This document shows positions 12,211 to 24,641 of a stretch of DNA of 64,000 nt, one piece after another. Positions within the stretch are counted from its first letter, which is position 1. Every line of letters starts with the position of its first letter. The position numbers and the translations under genes were made by a program. The notes under the pieces are model-generated. The model was not told the origin of the DNA. It did no database searches and saw only the letters and a list, made by a program, of their open reading frames with translations. The stretch spans positions 1,860,001-1,924,000 of the forward strand of contig CBFFSA010000001.1 of assembly GCA_965644495.1 (NCBI GenBank). The letters run 5' to 3'. The DNA comes from Perkinsela sp. CCAP 1560/9. Its lineage: Eukaryota > Protista > Euglenozoa: Kinetoplastea.

Positions 12211-13095
12211 CTAATTGTAGGACTGTTCCATAGAATAGTGAGTAGCTGTGAACTCTGACATCCAACGCCCTCGCCGGAGGCGTGTCGTAAGGTCTGTTCC
12301 TTCGCGAGTTAAATGACCAGCGCATCCATGTCGGAGACAGTGGAAGGACCAAGTTTGATGTGAGTTCCACTGCAAAAGGTTCGCAACATGTGATCTGATT
12401 CTGTTTGCTTTCACTTTGTCCCAATTAGGAAATAAGGCCAGATGGGATGATGATGATTTTAGGTACATCAACAGATGACATACTTCTGGGGCTACGACAG
12501 TGTCGACAATATAATGTTGACGTCCTTTTCCTCCACGAATCTTAATCAATGCGTCAGAGGAATTCGCTTCAATATCTGTCTTTTCGAGATTCACTAATTC
12601 GCTGTGACGCAGAAGTCCGAAATACGCGACGGCGAAGCCTTGACCATATGCGAGTTCGCCTTGGTCTTTACAGTAATTAGTCAGAGACCGCATTTGCGCG
12701 AGTGTGATCGAGCCTCGAGGTTTGGGCTGCAGACAGATATTTTGGACGCCTTTGAAGCGTCTGCGAAAGCGCGAGGTCTGCGACCAACACTGATCGGTAT
12801 TTTGATCTTCTAATTGCCGCCAAACTACAGCGGCACGGTAGGATTCCAAAGTGGATCCCCGATAGAAGCGTGACAGGCTGACGTACAACGCCAAGAAGTC
12901 CTCTTCCGTTACACCAAGAACCTCCTGTGTACACCAAGTAATTGTTCTGTGCGGGAAAAATAGTACACGCTTTTGTGCTGTAGCAGAGGCCACTGCCCAC
13001 TGAGAAATTTATCGATGTACGTTATTTTGACGCGCTTGACGATAACTTTGCCTGATGGTTTCATCAGAAACTCGTGCGTGGCTTTGAGAAGACAT
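12211..13095 (-). pseudogene. Tyrosine recombinase of the YR retrotransposon
   Basis: Catalytic set GLLRHSEL (R), FHCLRHG (HxxR), GRW (W) and HYS (Y). An in-frame upstream ATG at 13095 is separated by one TAA near 13010. Lies upstream of the RT on the same strand. Confidence 0.88.
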
Positions 13096-13712
13096 GCAGG
13101 AAATGTAGCTCTATCGAAAACAAAATTTATAGAGAAATCCTATTGAGAGTAACAACATGTTTTACACCCTTTCGTTTAGTGTTACAACCATGACCCGTAT
13201 GGGGGAAGAAAAGCCCATGACTTTTGAAAGTGGCTTTAGTCCCCTAGGATAAAGTACCAATGTAATATTCTCATAACTTACTACAGTTGTTACGAGTTGC
13301 TCAAGTATAGGATAAAAAAGAATAGCCCAACTTTTGTTTTGTAAGTGCAAAAGCAGCCGTGTCATTTCACACGGTTAAAAGGAAGCATCCAGTCAGAATA
13401 GAACAGTCCCTGTGAGTAGTATACTATATTTCTACGTTTTTGAAAAACGTTAAGCAGTTCGATCGATTTGAAGCATAAGCAATGCAGTAAATTTGTAGTA
13501 AAAAATTGCGCAGATATAAATATGCAACAGCATTTCAGAAGTATAGCACATTGAGCATTTTCTTCGCTAAGCACAAGTTTCTCTATGCGTAAAAAGAGAT
13601 GTTAAACAAATATCGATTTCGAAATCACACTCGAGCCTCTAAAGCTACTATTTCGAAAGTAGGTCTATTCACGACCGCGCTTGTACCCCGGCTTTTCATT
13701 AGGGGTTTTCAT

Positions 13713-13936
13713 TTAGAGACGAACCTGTTCGTCGGTCAATCGACAATTCTTCAGTTCATGACCGCGCATCCCGCAGTGCTTACATGAACCACGTGGTGCA
13801 TTGGGATATAGCCACGTTTTCCAGTTACGCCCCCGTATGGCAGGCGAACGGGGCTTATGTCCCGAACCTGACGCACTTTTGCGAGGTTGGGACCGATTTA
13901 CGAGATGAGGGTGGCCCTGTAGCTCGTCCCTGTAGC
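13713..13936 (-). pseudogene. gag-like fragment with CCHC zinc knuckle
   Basis: CKHCGMRGHELKNC fits C-x2-C-x4-H-x4-C. Located upstream of the YR on the same strand. Confidence 0.6.
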
Positions 13937-14660
13937 TGAGGGTGGCCACGAGCGCGCACAATGTCCGGCGTGCACTGGACAGTGATTTATTTCCAGATAG
14001 ACTTTTTGTCCTAACCACCAGGTGCAGATGGTTTTTTTGTTCAGAATTTTTTTAACTTATACAACTTTCTGCTTCGAACTTTCCCTACTTTCCTCGCCAT
14101 GGCGTGCGTAATGGCGGATACGAATCTTCAGCGGGCAAGCGATTGACCAGCATGCGCGCCTGGGCCCTCATCAAAGTGACATTCATTTCGATCAGAAGCC
14201 GAAGGGCAGCTTTGGAGCGAGAGAGGGTTCCCTGGGGTGCTGCTGAGCGACGTTTGGCTACCTGGCGCAAGATCCCCATGGCACTGTCGGACCTGGATTC
14301 GGAGGACTACACCGCCATTGCGGTGAATTTGTGCCCCGCGGACTCCGCCTCCAGAGACTCCGAACTTTTGTGCTCGGAGGCGTACCTCTCGGCGAAACAT
14401 CCTGCTTTTCCCACGTTAGCACCTCGGACCATGTCCGTGTAATTGGTCTGCGGAACGCGTGTGACACAGAAGTCTAACACCAGAGAGGTCGCCAAGCCAA
14501 AGTTCGGCAGGAAAATGTCCGCTGGCCTCGTAAGCAAGTGCTTTGTGACGGGAAATTAACCCGTAACCGCTCTTGCAGACAAGGGCGTGACACCCATTTG
14601 TTCCCAGGGGCTGAGTACATTTGTCCATGGAGCATGTCCGAGATTCATGGTACACGTCGA
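13937..14660 (-). mobile_element. 5'-truncated RLE-type (CRE/SLACS-like) non-LTR retrotransposon
   Basis: Frames join as CSMDKC...HALVCKSG...RH (Zn knuckle), RPADIF...LDFCVT...K (PD-(D/E)xK endonuclease) and the C-terminal helix, followed by A-rich 3' sequence. Confidence 0.75.
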
Positions 14661-14752
14661 AGGTCCCCGCTAGCCAAATCTCCTTTATAAATTTAATCGT
14701 AATTTGCTCTTCTCTTTAAGTTTATGATTATTAGACTGCGGAAAAAAGTATA

Positions 14753-15681
14753 TAAACCCCCCACAGCGAAAAGTCACCCCCCTCTAACTTTTCAGCCAAG
14801 CGTCTGTTTGAGCTCATTTTTGCTGCATTTTGCTGTTCCCAACACAAAGACTTTGCGCGCTATAGCATGTAACCAAGGCTCTCAAATGCGTGCATCCGAT
14901 AGATGGATTATCACTTTCTTTACATTTTTCAAGAGACCAATTTCTCACACTTTAACAAAATAAATCTTCTCCTCCCATGATAAAATTCAATTATTTTTGT
15001 CCGTTTTTGCTGATTTTTGTTGCAAACGAGAGACCTCGTTCTCCTAGCAAAGATCTTTGCCGCTATTTTTTAATATTGACCCAATTGTGCCCCCTGGCCG
15101 CGGAGTGTTTGTTTTGTTAAATTAGTGTGGTATGACGATACAAAAAAATAGAACCTAAAAATAACTTTTTCTTTCAGTTTCTAAAATGATCTAAAAATAG
15201 CGGGGACGTGTAGATCTCAGAATTTTGAACGAGAAAATGATATCTTAACCCCCTTAGGCCCCTTCAAGCAAAAAGTAAAGGGGACAGCATAAAAAAGTTG
15301 ATTTATCACAGTTTCAAGAAAGAAACAACCAAAGACAAATATTCCACCACGTGACAAATTGAATGTTTGTTATCTGTTTTTCATCATTTTTGTTGCAATC
15401 GAGAGATCTCGTTCCCCTAGCGAAGATCTGTGACACCATTTTCATGTTGACCCCCTTCTCCCCCCCTGGTCGAGGAACATAAGATTTTTCGGGTAATATT
15501 GGCATGACTATGTAAAAACGTCATTAAAAAATGAGTTTTAATTTGTTATCTGTGAAGAGGTCTAAAAACAGCGGGAACGTGCAGATCTCAAAATTTTGAA
15601 CGAAAAAGTGGTGCCGCAACCCCCCTAAGCCTCGTTGTTCAAAAAAAAGAGGGGGGTGACTTATTCGCTGTGGGGGGTTTA
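14753..15681. mobile_element. Non-autonomous Tc1-like element
   Basis: TIRs TAAACCCCCCACAGCGAAAAGTCACCCC and GGGGTGACTTATTCGCTGTGGGGGGTTTA in TA context. Ends resemble those of the element at 16930-18269. Confidence 0.75.
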
Positions 15682-15743
15682 TATTTTAATAAACGAAAGT
15701 AATCTAATTAACTCGACCAAAATAGTATTCTAATTTTCTATTC

Positions 15744-16544
15744 ATGAGTGATATCAACCCACAACGAACGGGAAGAGTATCCCAGCAAATCTTCCCCCTG
15801 GAAATACAACTCGCTCGGTTTATTTCAACTATCAAAAATCCACACGAGTCGTGGAAGGACTCTATCCCGGGCTATAAGTGGGCAGGAGTGACTTGTAATG
15901 TGGGAACGAATTCGATTATAATTCATTGGAGTTATGACGACTCTTTCTCGCATGGCGTCGTAAAAGCTCCTTTGAAAGGAAATCTCCAATGGAGGTATTT
16001 CCCTGCGAAAGTGGAAGAGATGAGGTTTTCTTTTAATGGGATTGGGGGAGGCATCGATACCTCGTCCCTCTCCTCGCCGCTTTTGGAGTTACTGGGCTCT
16101 GTGAATGCCCTTTCCGGGCCACTGTGCCTGGAAGCCCTCCCACAGAACCTACGAGAGCTTTGCCTCAGGTCTAATGATTTGATTGGAACTCTTAATTTGA
16201 CAGATCTGCCTCCTTCCCTGGAACGCTTGTGGTTGAATTTTAACCACTTCAGTGGGGAAATTGAACTAAGTGCACTTCCTTCTTCACTGCATAAACTCTT
16301 ACTGTATGGCAATCAGCTCTCAGGCACAGTAGACTTTACTCAGCTACGAGAAGGTATCGAGAAAATAGATCTTGGCCGTAATCAATTTAACGGAACGGCG
16401 GATCTTTCAAATCTCCCTAAGAGTTTAAAGAGCATAAGTTTGCTCACATCTGCGGAGGAGGGAGAACGCAACGTGTGGAAAATATCAATATCTGAAGAGT
16501 GGGAAAGATTCTCGGAAGGGTGCTGGCGCAGAATAAAAACTTAA
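15744..16544 (+). CDS. LRR family protein (paralogue 2)
   Basis: 266 aa; RTGRVSQQIFPLE cap plus ~6-7 repeats. Recent duplicate of 29744-30547. Confidence 0.88.
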   Translation: MSDINPQRTGRVSQQIFPLEIQLARFISTIKNPHESWKDSIPGYKWAGVTCNVGTNSIIIHWSYDDSFSHGVVKAPLKGNLQWRYFPAKVEEMRFSFNGIGGGIDTSSLSSPLLELLGSVNALSGPLCLEALPQNLRELCLRSNDLIGTLNLTDLPPSLERLWLNFNHFSGEIELSALPSSLHKLLLYGNQLSGTVDFTQLREGIEKIDLGRNQFNGTADLSNLPKSLKSISLLTSAEEGERNVWKISISEEWERFSEGCWRRIKT

Positions 16545-16929
16545 TAGTCATCAAATTTTACAGGAGGAACAGTGTCATATTCTCAAATGTCTACTGAACA
16601 TGCTCGTAATTCGATCCATGAGGTACAAAGACGTGAACGAAATACTCGCATTGCCACATTGTCAATTTATTTACATTTTGTTTTAATGCAAATATGTATG
16701 AAATCTCATAATTTCTCTATAATTTGATTACAATGCACAAGGGACAAAGTTCTTGACATCTCTATAATTGAATTCATCTCTAGAATTAATCAAAACTTAA
16801 GTTTGGTACCCACCCGCGACTCCTCAGTTCTAGGTAACGGATTTCTAATGAGGTTCCTAATCATTCAAATATCTGAGCATACAGTAGTGTTCAGCCTCTT
16901 TTACCCCCCCCCCTACAAGTCCTGTATTA

Positions 16930-18269
16930 TAAACCCCGCGTCACCAATAAGTGACCCCCCCTTATTTTTAGCACAGGGGGTCGTGGGGGGCTTATCATAC
17001 CACGTTGTCGTTCAAAATTTTGAGATCTGTACGTTCCCGCTGTTTTTAGCTCATTTTAAAACTTTAAAATTCAGTAAAAAAAAATTAATTTTTTCAACTT
17101 TTTTTTCAAAAATGCCAAAATCACCATATTGACTCCCAAGAGGGGGGCTGACTTCTAGTGGAAAGGTTCTTTTAAAGATGAGGCACGGACAAGGAGTATC
17201 AATAAAAGAGCTGGCCCGTGATTTCAACGTTTCTAGAAGGATAGTTAAAAAATATTTGAACGAAAAAAAACTACCCCAGTATACACTTTGAGTCCTGAGC
17301 GAAAAATAATAATGAAAACTCGTAAAACGAAAATTGAGAAGATAATAACCCCTCTTGACCCCGCTGGAGTACCGAGACTCAATTCATCAAGGCGCGTAGC
17401 AGCCCAATTGAAGAAAAATAATATACAAGTTTCAAAAAGAACTGTACAGAGAGACTTATCATCCCTGGATTACAGTTATGCCGCTCGACCGCTATGTCAA
17501 GGGCTTACCGAACGACAAAAAGTAAAAAGAGTTCAATTTGCGTTGAATTACAATATGGATACTTCCCGTGTCATCTTTACAGACGAAAAAATATTTGATA
17601 CGAATGATGGCAGAAGAAAAATGTGGGTAAGGCGCGGTCAAAAAGCAGCCCCGCGTCAAAAAGTACGTTGGGCACCAAGATGCCAAGTATGGGGTGCTGT
17701 AGGGTGGGGTGGAGGTACTTGGTAATTCTACAAAATGACACATCTATTACAAGTGAGACGTACATAGAAACAGTAAAAGAGGTAGATTTCCCCCCTAATC
17801 GTATTTTTCAGCAAGATGGGGCAACGGCACACACTGCTCGTGCCTCAAAGGAGTACATTGAAAGCGCAATGAGTGAACTTCTGAAAAATTGGCCCCCCAA
17901 CTCACCAGATCTTTCCCCAATAGAAAACGTCTGGTCTATGGTCCAAGGGGCGGTGGACGAACAGACCCCATCGGATAAGCCTTCACTCATCCGATGTGTA
18001 CGCAAAGCGTGGTCTCGCTTGTCTCAAAATGTGATCGACAAAACGGTCTTAAGCTTTGACTCACGCCATAAGGTGTGTATAAGATTGAAAGGCGAAAAAA
18101 TGAAAAAATAGTAATTCCTCAATAAAATATACGTATTCGCTTCTTTTAGTTTCATTCCTTCTCGCGCAAAGTCTTTGTGTTGAGATCTGCAAAATGCAAC
18201 AAAAATCAGCTCAAACGGACACTTGTACGAAAAAAAAGTGGGGGGTCACTTTTCATGACGCGGGGTTTA
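16930..18269 (+). mobile_element. Full-length but disrupted Tc1-like element (DD35E)
   Basis: TIRs TAAACCCCGCGTCA and TGACGCGGGGTTTA. Transposase 17112-18111 has FTDEKIF, QQDGATAH and WPPNSPDLSPIE, with one stop and two frameshifts. Confidence 0.9.
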
Positions 18270-18551
18270 TATATATATATACATGTACATACATACATGC
18301 TATGTATGTGCGATTTTGGAAATATTTCGCATGGGACTGTTTTTGGACCCAATCGTTCCGAATCCGAGGTCCCTTTCACTCGTGGACACCTGTATCATGC
18401 CTAAACCGGAAAAAAACTGCAAAAATGTCGATTCTTTTTTTTGCAGAGTACAATTTTTTTCAAAATTGGTACATTTGCTGATGATTTATGACCAGGAAGC
18501 ACCCCCCCTGCTCTTACCTTCCTGTCTCGTGTGCCCCGAGATGGCTTTATT

Positions 18552-18932
18552 CAGGGTTCGCGGAAACTTTAAAACTTTAAATAAAGTACTTTATAGTAAC
18601 TTTATTTTTTAAAAAAACTTTATTTTACTTATTCTTCCCTCTCACTTTTTAAGGAGGCTGACGGCTCTTTAGCACATTTATTTTTTGAACGTACACATCC
18701 TATGTACATAATCTTGTATTTACTGTCTCATTCATCTTTCTACTTTCCCTTTCCCATGGATAAACTCACCCGAGCAAAGTTCTGCAAGGAATTTTTCGTT
18801 GAAATGAAGAGCGCTGAAGGAGACAAGAAAGTAGAAGAGTGTAAGTTGTGTCCTGAAGGTGGACGTAAACGCTTTTTGATCGCCAGAGGTCTGCAGACCG
18901 ACTATATGGCCCCAGATAAACACCAAAAGTAA
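18552..18932 (+). mobile_element. Left end of a second hAT family with a BED-finger-like N-terminal fragment
   Basis: CAGGGTTCGCGGAAACTTTAA end, repeated at 19226. ORF from 18757 reads MDKLTRAKFCKEFF...CKLC...H. Confidence 0.55.
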
Positions 18933-19290
18933 ACGTTTACTATAGTCCCGCAAGGCATTCTTAAACGTTTCCGGTTAATCTTCAGAAAGAAAAGCGAAAC
19001 GTTTCAATGATGGACCCCGGGCTAAGTTTATGAAGTTTTTCGAGTGTCGGACCTAAGTCGCTCTCAATCGATCGCGAGTGCCGTTCTTTTCGTTTCTCCA
19101 GGAGGATATGCCGTGCTTTTCCCGGTGTCATAGAGTGAGGCGACAGATTCAGCAGGGAGTGCCCTTTGCGTCACCCCTGCTGAGCCCAGTATCTCTACAG
19201 GTTTTCCCCCTGTAAGAATAAAACCAGGGTTCGCGGAAACTTTAATAAAGTAAAATAAAGTTTTTTTTTGCGAATAAAGTTATAATAATA

Positions 19291-20858
19291 CAGGGGGGGC
19301 CACGAAAACTGACAAGGTCCGCATTTTAGCGTCCTGAGGCCGTTTGAGCTGATTTTTGTTGCAAACGAGAGATCTCGTTCTGAATATCGTGTCTACGCTA
19401 TTTGGAGCCCGTTTCTGCTAATCAAAAAAAAATATTTACAAAATATTGAAATTTTGGGCAAAATATTTTGCAAAAAGTATCGAAAAACGTAAAAAATGCT
19501 ATTTTTTCTTCTTTTTACCTTACTATGGGCAAACGGAATAGACTAAACCGTCGCCAGCTATCACCAGAACAGTATTCATATCCTGTGCGCATTGTCTGCG
19601 CACACGAAAGACACCGTGGGACATCTATTCCGGATACGGCACGTATGATGAACTGTTCAGAGAGCTCTGTCTCTCGGTACAAAGCGCGTTTCGATGAGTC
19701 AGGTGACGTGGCACGTGCACCCTACTCGCGCGATAACGGCGTTGATACGGAGGAGTTCCGAGCCATGCTCTGTACTATTGTTGATGCTGAGCGAGACACA
19801 CGATTCGGGTGTCCGGGGTTTAAATGGGTACATAAGAGAGTGGATAAAGTACTTTATCCATGTAGTCTAAACACCGTGAAACGGAGTTTGAAAAAGATGG
19901 GATACGTCACTAAGACGATGTCGCACAAGCCTTTTTTAACAGCTGAGCACAAGGCTGCTAGACTACAACTTGCTGATTACTTTGAGGGATTCAGCCCAGA
20001 TCAGCTGTCTCGTATTGTGTGGTGCGACGAAAAAATCTTTCGATGCGGATCACACGGTAAAAAAACACGTACCTTGCAAAAATGACTGACCCCCCCAAGG
20101 AAACACCAGTACAATTAGATAGGTGGTATGGGGGGAAAGGAGTTCATGTATTCATGGCCACCAGTCTCCGTTGGGAAGTGACTGATGCGTGTTTCCATGA
20201 GTCCGCACAAAATGAAACTGTTACAAATGAGGTCTTTTTGAATGCAATGAAAAAACGAAATGGGTTTTTCAACTGGATGCATCGCCGCCCCGGGGCTACA
20301 ATTGTCCTTGACAACGCGCCAGGGCATGGGGAAGCCAGGAGAACAGGTAAGTTGGAAGACATCAAAATTATTGATTGGCCTTCGAAATCTCCTGATCTCA
20401 ATTTGATTGAGAATTTGTGGAGCATGATGGATAAGTACATCCACAGCCATCTCCGTCCACAGAATCGAAAAGAATTACAAGCGGCTATTCCAAAGGCCAA
20501 GGAATATTTGTTGAACGAATGTCACGAGGCGTATGTGAATACGCTAAAGAGTCTTCCCACGCGCCTCGCTATACTACGTGAGCGTAGAGGTGGGAATACT
20601 GGCTATTAAGACCTACTTTCTGGGTACTTTTTGGGCCGTGGTACGTAAAAATTACGAATTTTAGACCCGTTTTTCAATTTGCAAAATCTTTAAAATTTCA
20701 CTTTTGTAACTCATTGGAAATGTTTTCCGGCGAACGTTTTTGTATTTTAAATAGCATAACGATATTCAGAACGAGATCTCTCGTTTGCAACAAAAATCAG
20801 CTCAAACTGCCTCACGACGCTAAAATACGGACCTTGTCAGTTTTCGTGGCCCCCCCTG
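19291..20858 (+). mobile_element. Near-intact Tc1-like element with ~100-bp TIRs (DD32E)
   Basis: TA|CAGGGGGGGCCACGAAAACTGAC...GTCAGTTTTCGTGGCCCCCCCTG|TA. Transposase 19525-20609 has VWCDEKIF, VLDNAPGH and WPSKSPDLNLIE, with a single frameshift near 20060-20100. Confidence 0.92.
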
Positions 20859-20904
20859 TATAGTACTTTATTGACTATATTTTACTATAAAACTTTAAAA
20901 AACT

Positions 20905-21666
20905 TTATTTTTCTTTTTTCAAAAAAAGCAACAGAATACGGCCGCCTAGTGGAACAGTGGACTTTACTGACGGGTGGCATGGCAAAAAATGTGGCGGGGC
21001 AACAATCTGGACTGTAGAAGACTCCACGAAAGGTTTCGGGAAAGGCCTACTGAAACTTGGACAGGGTGAACAGATGTAGGCGATTTCGTTTTCTTCTGCA
21101 GTCATGGTCAAGCCCTTCTTGATTCCTGCTCCGGCATCTGACACTAGGTGCGTAGCAAAAATTCTCTCGGAACGAAGTTCCACCAAAGCTTGTTCAAGTA
21201 AACTTTTGAAGGAGGGGGCATCAATAGAGGACATTGGCTTAATAGTCCAACACATTGTTGTTGGACCTTTGCACACTAGGGTCACGGCACACATTGTACG
21301 ATGATGGATCGTTGAAGTATCCATACATACGCTCACATCTGAAAATTTGAAACCGAATTCGATGCATGTCTTTGTTCACGCTTGCCCCGCGCACTCTATA
21401 ATTAGTTCGTTCATCTTTTCTCTTCGGGGTGGAGTGGAGCATAAACCTCGCATGATTTTATTTCGAAAAAGCGGATGCTCAAGAGCGGAGCTTGGGATCC
21501 CACACTGTGATTTCCAGATAATCATATCTTTATGATGTTCTGGTGAAGCAGCCTGTGGTAATATATTAATTGTTGGGTTTTCACGGCGGCGCTTTTCCTG
21601 TTGTTCCCTAGCCCAGACGTCGTAACTCTTATCATGTTTTAGCAGGTCAAGGAGGTTAAAAGGCAT
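20905..21666 (-). pseudogene. hAT transposase fragment
   Basis: IPSSALEHPLFR, SVCMDTST (first D), VSDAGAGIKKG (second D) and CSPC. In-frame TGA at 21376. Confidence 0.75.
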
Positions 21667-22097
21667 ATGACTAAATACTAGAGATTACTTTGCGCTCCTT
21701 TTCCACGTCTTCTGACCCACTTTACTACTGTCCCTCATCCGAAACATTCAAAAAACTACACCCAAAAAAGTTGTAATTAGCTTTTTCGACCCCTACCTGG
21801 CTAGGGGGGTAGGGGGTCGCTTGAGTGAAAAGGATCTCGGATTCGGAACGATTAGGTCGAAAAACGGTGGTGTACCAAATATTTCCAAAATCGGACGAAA
21901 TACAAGACCTGTAGGGCAGGGTAAAAGACGCTGAACACCATCAAAGTTTTTTTCGTACAACACAATGTCTTTTTAGCTATCACAATTTTATTGACATGTT
22001 GCTGTGGTATTTGCTTCGTCAAAAAGCGGTGGTTGTTGGTAAACGGGGCTTCGCAAATAGTTTCTCACTAACGACGCCGCGTATGGCTGAAAATATA

Positions 22098-22167
22098 AAC
22101 ACTGGGAGTCGAACCTGCGACCAGGAGATTTTAGACGGCATGTCTTACCCACTGGACTACCTCGAAT
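22098..22167 (-). pseudogene. tRNA-like sequence (pseudo-tRNA or SINE head)
   Basis: Minus strand reads GAGGTAGTCCAGTGGGTAAGAC...GGTCGCAGGTTCGACTCCC. A-box and B-box are present; acceptor and anticodon stems do not pair well. Confidence 0.55.
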
Positions 22168-23399
22168 CCCGAGACCCACGTTTTTATGAAGAGCGATTTG
22201 CGGGACAAACTGAAGCAAAATTCGGGTTTTTCACTTTGTTCATAAATGTGTTCAAAAATTGATCCAAATCTGTGGAAAAATTTAAATTGACAACTCAGGC
22301 TTAAAATACGGATACTATACAAACGCGCAAGCGCAACGCTCCTTTAAAGTTTTAAGCACGCGCAGGAATGCATCCTCCCATTACACTTCAAAATTCCGTT
22401 TTCCTGCTCTGCGTAGGCTTGCACCTGATCTTCTCTCCGGGCTGCTTTCCGGCTCAGCACGCCACCTTCATGCTTCGAGCGCTTCCTGACGCTTTCTAAT
22501 CGTGCACTCCACATCGTTTGTTTTGTACACCTTCCTCCGTGACGCACTGTCGACGGTGGTTCACGCTTTCCCACTTGTAGTTCTCCGCGAGACGAATATT
22601 ATGACGAGCGCCGTCTGTCCAAATTTAGGTAATTTCTGTAATTCCAGGGACAAGCGGAAGTGCGATCTAAGCGGAACTACTCTAAATAGCGGAACTATTA
22701 AGGAAGTTTAAATTACTCTAAAGAGCGGAACTATTTGCTCAAAATTTCGGATAACTCATTTTTTTCTTGCAACATGTATAACCTTTTGAGACACCAACTT
22801 ATGGTTACCATAAGTTGGTGTCTACAAAACCATTGGTTTTGTAGCCACTCCGCGCACTCCTTTTCGGTCCGAGTTGAAATCTTGCTTATTGTTATCTTTC
22901 GTCGACAAGCAAACCCAACACACCCCGTGAAAGGCATGTATGGATAGACTAAGTAACTGAAAATGACGAAATGAATAGCGAAAAACACAAAAGAAACACA
23001 CAATTAAAATCTCTGGAGAAGCCTTTTCTACAATCAGAGAATTCGATAGGAAAAAATAAGAAAAAACCGAAAGTTGCTTCAGTTTCACCGATTGGCGAAA
23101 TCGATGATGGAGCCGGGGCTGGACCCCCCTGTATATCTTTGCACCATCTTTCAAAATGTTCGTTCCTTCTGCAAGGAAGTAAGCCCAAAATCGGAGTCCT
23201 ATTAAATAGCGGGGGATAGTAATATAAAATACAAAGGAAATTGGTGATTTCTATTTATATTAGATTTTAGAAGTATAAATCGATCAAACAAGTATCAATC
23301 GTGCAGATTCAAGAATAGCTCCAGTGGTAATATAGTGGTTAGAAGTTTGATACTGAACTGATAGGGAATGTTCTTTTACTGATGCGCAAGAGCTCCCTT

Positions 23400-24050
23400 G
23401 CTTTCCATTCCAAATTACAAATGGTGAAAGAAAGAGCCTGACAGTGCGATACCTGCTAGAAGTGTAGCGCTTCTCTTATCCTAGTTTGCGATGTTTGAAA
23501 GTTTTTCACCCTGCATACAGAACCCACTTTGTGCTGGCTTGTTGTGAGCAATGCCGGTCTCATCCACGTTGATAATAAGTTCTTCCCGTGGGGATCCCTT
23601 GTGCTCATGTGAAACAATAAAGACAATCCGAAGAATCATGTTTTTTCCTTGAACCTCCAAATCATCTGGATGAGCAATTTCCATGGTACGTTCGGAAGAT
23701 TTGGAAAGAGTTTCAAACGGTACGTTTGGAAGAATCCAACCAACGACGAAACGTAGAATAAGAAGGAGTCCAGGCGCCTTCTTGCTTCTTTGCTTGGACA
23801 ACACCGTCTACCTACATGTTCTTAAACTTTCGGGAATAGAATCCAAAGGAGATCGCAGATGCTCACAGACCGTGTGCCAAAGCATAGTCCTGTTTACAGG
23901 TATTCCATAAGAGACGAATTCCTGGAGAATAGAGGTAATATAACTTTCGAAATCCAGTAATTGCGATTTTCGGCCCCTATTGTTGCACTTTAGTTTTCTG
24001 AAGATGCCATCACTGTGGACACTTCTTTTCTCAAACCATTTTCTCAAGTT
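23400..24050 (-). pseudogene. pogo/Tigger-like transposase fragment
   Basis: CENP-B-like region RGRKSQLLDFE, then IINVDETGI. Broken by stops. Confidence 0.6.
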
Positions 24051-24141
24051 TTGATGTCCAAGTTACGCAGAAATAGATGTAAAGACTCGCTTTAATTCTT
24101 TCTCTATCGGCAAGAAATTGGGAACATTCTTATCATTTTTC

Positions 24142-24542
24142 GGTCAGATTGAACGAAGTTTGCACACTTTGCAAAAAAAATTTAAAAGTGACTAAATATC
24201 AGCGAATTCCAAAGAAAATCAAAATGATGCAGACAAGACGATTTCCGCGCAAAACAATGCCACATCCAACAAAACTCGTACCAGCGGGATTAACCTCACA
24301 TAACCTCACTAAACGGAAGACGTGTGACATACACGTTCATTTCAAGACACCCACAACAAAATCCGCCATCAAAGTGATTGACCATGATTTTACCCGTACC
24401 TGAGAACGTAAAGAGGTCAAAGATACTAGCAAAGATTCTAAACTATATCTTTTGCAAGCAAAAGAAACAAAAAATAATAACAAGAATGATCGGTTCTATT
24501 TTTTTTTTTTGAAAAAAAGTGCAAACTTCGTTCAATTCCACC
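24142..24542. mobile_element. Merlin-family MITE with 8-bp target-site duplication
   Basis: TIRs GGTCAGATTGAACGAAGTTTGCAC and GTGCAAACTTCGTTCAATTCCACC. CATTTTTC occurs on both sides (24134-24141 and 24543-24550). Internal sequence matches 5350-5468. Confidence 0.85.
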
Positions 24543-24641
24543 CATTTTTCATTATTCGATATTGCGGATAACTCGAAAATAACCAGTCTACGGCATCACA
24601 AATCTGCAACTTAACATCTAGGCTTAAGTGTTGGTGGATTG

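Larger units (their letters stand above)
16885..21940 (-). mobile_element. hAT-like element with ~115-bp TIRs that hosts nested insertions
   Basis: Left TAGTGTTCAGCCTCTTTTACCCC..., interrupted by a Tc1 and resuming at ~18308, is the inverted complement of the right end ...GGGTAAAAGACGCTGAACACCA (21940). Transposase remnant at 20905-21666. Confidence 0.75.

Noticed and set aside
10325-13095. Prokaryotic retron, DGR or prophage integrase plus RT diversifying the LRR genes
   Set aside because: The RT is fused to RNase H and preceded by a YR and a CCHC gag, which is a eukaryotic YR retrotransposon. No template/variable repeat pair with adenine-specific differences is visible in the LRR genes.
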